DNA of 64,000 nt from an uncultured Gemmatimonadales bacterium (GTDB taxonomy: Bacteria; Gemmatimonadota; Gemmatimonadetes; Longimicrobiales; Gaopeijiaceae). The notes beneath the pieces were generated by a model. It was given only the letters and a program-made list of their open reading frames with translations. It had not been told where the DNA came from and did not search any database. Below are positions 60,929 to 64,000 of the stretch, one piece after another (position 1 is the stretch's first letter; each line of letters opens with the position of its first letter). A program made the position numbers and the translations under genes. The stretch spans positions 1 to 64,000 of the forward strand of contig CAWGKG010000011.1 in assembly GCA_963823035.1 (NCBI GenBank), written 5' to 3'.

Positions 60929-62281
60929 GTGTGGATTCACGTGCTTCCGAACGTCCGACTGCGCTGGCGACTCCTGACCGCGGCTCTCGCGGCCGCGGCG
61001 GCGTCCTCCTGCTCCATGGGGGCGCCGATCGACGTCGGCACGCTGGACGCGGTCTACGCGCGGCCTGCCGAGGACGTCGAGGTCCTCGAGCTGGGGCGCA
61101 ACCAGACGCTCGGGGAGCTCCTGCAGAGCGCCATCGGCGCTTCCGAGCAGTCCGGCTTCCTCCTCGCCTTCGGTGAGCACGCGAGCCCGCGCAGGATGCG
61201 CGCGGGCAGCGAGATCACGCTGCGCTACCGCTCGGACGACCACGTCCTGCGCGGCGTGGACATCGCGATCAACTCCGACGAAACCGTGCGGATGTCTCGC
61301 TCGGAGGAGGCCGGCTGGTCGTCCGAGATGGTCGAGACCCCCATCTTCGTCGACACCGTGTTCGCGTCCGGCGAGATCGAGACCGTGCTCTGGACCGCGG
61401 TCATCCGGGACCCGGCGCTGCAAGGGATGCCGGCGAACGACCGCAACCGGATCATCGACTACCTCGATCGGGTCTTCCAGTGGCAGGTGGACTTCTCCCG
61501 CCAGATCCGTGTCGGCGATACCTACCGCTTCGTGTTCGAGCGGGAGGTCCGTCCCGACGGCTCCATGCGCGGCGGGAAGCTGCTGGCGGCGCAGCTGACC
61601 AACAGCGGCACGCCGTACTACGCGGTCTACTTCGATCCCAACGGCGACGGCGAAGGCTCGTACTACGACCTGAACGGGAAGTCGGTGCGGCGCGCCTTCC
61701 TCATGAAGCCGCTCGAGTACCGACGCATCTCGGGGCGGTTCACCGCGGCGCGCTACCACCCGGTGCTCAAGAAGTGGCGTGCCCACAAGGGCGTCGACTA
61801 CGCGGCGGATGCCGGCACCCCGGTGATGGCGACGTCGGACGGCGTGGTGATCTACCGCGCTCGCAAGGGCGACTTCGGCAACACCGTGGAGATCCGGCAC
61901 CCCAATGGCATCGTGACCCGGTACGGGCACCTCCAGGGCTTCAAGAGGGGGATCAGCGTCGGCTCGCGGGTGCATCAGAGCGACGTGATCGCCTACGTCG
62001 GCATGACCGGGCTGGCCACCGGGCCGCACCTGCACTACGAGATGCTGCGGGGCGGCCAGCAGATGGATCCGCTCTCCGTGAAGCTCCCGGCGGGCGACCC
62101 GGTCCCGTCCGACGCGTTCGATCGGTGGCACGCCGACATGGCCGCGCGCACGGCGTTGCTCGAGTCGATCCCGGGTGCCGGTCCGGTGCGGACCGCCGAG
62201 GCCTTCACGCAGAACGATCTGGACGACCAGGCGCAGCCCGACCGGAACGACCGGAACGACGGGCAAGACTCCGGGGGGTGA
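60929..62281 (+). CDS. M23 peptidoglycan DD-endopeptidase (MepM-like), possible lipoprotein
   Basis: HKGVD (HxxxD), [19 protein letters not shown] after a hydrophobic stretch. Confidence 0.9.
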   Translation: MWIHVLPNVRLRWRLLTAALAAAAASSCSMGAPIDVGTLDAVYARPAEDVEVLELGRNQTLGELLQSAIGASEQSGFLLAFGEHASPRRMRAGSEITLRYRSDDHVLRGVDIAINSDETVRMSRSEEAGWSSEMVETPIFVDTVFASGEIETVLWTAVIRDPALQGMPANDRNRIIDYLDRVFQWQVDFSRQIRVGDTYRFVFEREVRPDGSMRGGKLLAAQLTNSGTPYYAVYFDPNGDGEGSYYDLNGKSVRRAFLMKPLEYRRISGRFTAARYHPVLKKWRAHKGVDYAADAGTPVMATSDGVVIYRARKGDFGNTVEIRHPNGIVTRYGHLQGFKRGISVGSRVHQSDVIAYVGMTGLATGPHLHYEMLRGGQQMDPLSVKLPAGDPVPSDAFDRWHADMAARTALLESIPGAGPVRTAEAFTQNDLDDQAQPDRNDRNDGQDSGG

Positions 62282-64000
62282 TCCGGCTCGTCCTCCTCCC
62301 GCTGCTCGCCGGCGCGCTCGCCCTCTACACCTTCTGGATCTACCTGCGCGCCGAGCTGCCGGTCCGTAGCGGGCGACGCCTGGCGGCGCTGCGGAGCGTC
62401 ACGCTCCTCCTTCTCCTCGCGCTCCTCCTCGACCTCCACATTCCCTGGGGTGGCGGTGGGGGTCCCCACGCGCGCTGGGCCCTTCTCGACGGCTCGCTGA
62501 GCATGACGGCCGGCGCGCAGCCGGCGTGGCGCGCGGCGGCCGAGCGCGCCCGTCGGCTCGAGGCCGAGGGATGGACGGTGGTCCGCTTCGGCGACCACGT
62601 CACGCCGGACGGGGGAACCGAGATGGGGGAGGCGCCGGAGGAGTTGCGCACCGCGCTGGCACCCGCCATGTCGCGCGCGGCCGAAGCGGGTGTCACGGAG
62701 GTACGCGTCCTCTCGGACCTGCGCTTCGACGATCCGGTCGAGGTGGCGTCCGCGCTGGCGCTGGCGCGCGTCGCCGTCGGGTTCGATTCCTTCGGCGGCG
62801 AGGTGGTGAACGCGGGCGTCGCGGCGTTCACGGTGCCGGACCAGCTCGAGCGCGGTGAGCCCGTGGAGGGCACGCTGGAGCTGTTCGCCGAGGGAGCTGG
62901 GGACTCGGTCGCCGTCGAGGTCCGCGAAGAGGACCGACTCGTCCTGTCCCGTACCGTGGCCGCGCCGGAGCCGGGCGCGCGCGTGCGCATTCCGCTCGCG
63001 CTGCCGGCCCCACGGGGCGAAGGGCGCCTCCGCTACACGGCGGCCGTTCGGGTGCCCGACGACGGCTTCCCCTCGGACGACCAGGGCGTGGCGTACATGT
63101 CCGCCGGGCACGAGGCAGGCGGGCTCGTGGTGGTCTCGCTCCGGCCGGACTGGGAGCCGCGCGCCCTCCTCGAGGTGCTCGGCGAGGCCACCGGGCTGCG
63201 CGCGACCGGGTACCTGCGCGTGGGGCCGGACCGCTTCGTCCCGATGGGGCGGGCCTACCAGCGGGCTCTGCCGGTCGATTCCACGCGCGTGGCCGCGGCC
63301 GCGCGCGACGCGTCGCTCCTCGTGGTGCACGGTCTCGACCGAGAGACGGACGCCTGGGGTCGCAGGCTCGCCCGGCGCAACGGCCGCACCGTCCTGTGGC
63401 CCCTCGACGCCCAGGGGGCCGCTGCGGTCGATGTCCGAACGGGCGCACCGACGCCGGGCGAGTGGTACCCCGTCCCGGAGACGGCGGCCTCGCCGCTCGC
63501 GGCCGAGCTCGCCGGTGCCCGGTGGCAGGACCTCCCGCCGCTCGGGCCGGTGCTCCCCCTGGTCGACCGGACCCCGTCCGACGCACCGCTCCTCCTCCGT
63601 TTCCGCAGCACGGGGCCGGGCCAGCCCGCCCTCCTGCTCGATCGGGCCGGCACGCGCCGCCGGGCCATCGTGCTCGCCTCGGGCTTCTGGCGGTGGGCGG
63701 CGCGGGGCGGGGAGGGCAGGGACGCCTACCGACGCCTGTGGTCGGGTGTGGCGGGTTGGCTGCTCGCGCAGGATCCGGCGACGGTAGCCGGGGACGTGCG
63801 CCCGGAGTCGTGGGTGGTGGCTCGCGGAGACGCGGTGCGCTGGTGGGTGCCGGGCGAGGAAGGCGACTCCGTGCGCCTGGAGATCCGCGACTCGATACGC
63901 ACGGTGGTGGACACGCTCCTCCCCGCGGGTGCCGGTCGGTCGGTCGGCCGGCTCCCGCCCGGTACGTACCGTTTCACGGCTTCCGCGGCGGACGACCCGA
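62278..64000 (+). CDS. Membrane-anchored VWA-like domain protein, runs off the window end
   Basis: Manual translation from GTG 62278: two hydrophobic helices, then LLDGSLSM (MIDAS DxSxS) and VLSD; absent from the ORF track, consistent with no stop in the window. Confidence 0.7.
   Translation, partial: MIRLVLLPLLAGALALYTFWIYLRAELPVRSGRRLAALRSVTLLLLLALLLDLHIPWGGGGGPHARWALLDGSLSMTAGAQPAWRAAAERARRLEAEGWTVVRFGDHVTPDGGTEMGEAPEELRTALAPAMSRAAEAGVTEVRVLSDLRFDDPVEVASALALARVAVGFDSFGGEVVNAGVAAFTVPDQLERGEPVEGTLELFAEGAGDSVAVEVREEDRLVLSRTVAAPEPGARVRIPLALPAPRGEGRLRYTAAVRVPDDGFPSDDQGVAYMSAGHEAGGLVVVSLRPDWEPRALLEVLGEATGLRATGYLRVGPDRFVPMGRAYQRALPVDSTRVAAAARDASLLVVHGLDRETDAWGRRLARRNGRTVLWPLDAQGAAAVDVRTGAPTPGEWYPVPETAASPLAAELAGARWQDLPPLGPVLPLVDRTPSDAPLLLRFRSTGPGQPALLLDRAGTRRRAIVLASGFWRWAARGGEGRDAYRRLWSGVAGWLLAQDPATVAGDVRPESWVVARGDAVRWWVPGEEGDSVRLEIRDSIRTVVDTLLPAGAGRSVGRLPPGTYRFTASAADDP

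Overview
GC-rich bacterial chromosomal segment; gene content suggests Gemmatimonadota (inference only). About 20 single-base frameshifts hit many genes, including essential ftsZ, murF and murD, so most are probably long-read consensus errors, and I joined split ORFs into single genes. 1-8 kb: accessory region with two ADOP-type (MacB/FtsX) permeases, PadR, an intact tRNA-Val(TAC) followed by a D-arm-less tRNA-Val remnant, and two hypotheticals. 8-16 kb: DUF5916 protein, multi-TM protein with C-terminal HhH-like motifs, SnoaL-like lipoprotein, and a collagen-stalk multiheme cytochrome c lipoprotein divergent from an atypical Cys-rich NarL/LuxR regulator (the best candidate for an undescribed system). 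16-35 kb: peptide-scavenging operon, hybrid kinases, FdhF/YdeP-fdhD-mobA-mobB, a cytochrome c plus Tat flavoprotein pair and an acyl-CoA ligase. 35-40 kb: ECF sigma/anti-sigma/DUF4097 module. 40-45 kb: kinase, thioesterase and TPR protein. 45-64 kb: dcw cluster (mraZ to ftsZ, no murB/ddl) with MraZ-box repeats, then an M23 peptidase and a truncated VWA membrane protein. No CRISPR array, rRNA, integrase or transposase was seen.
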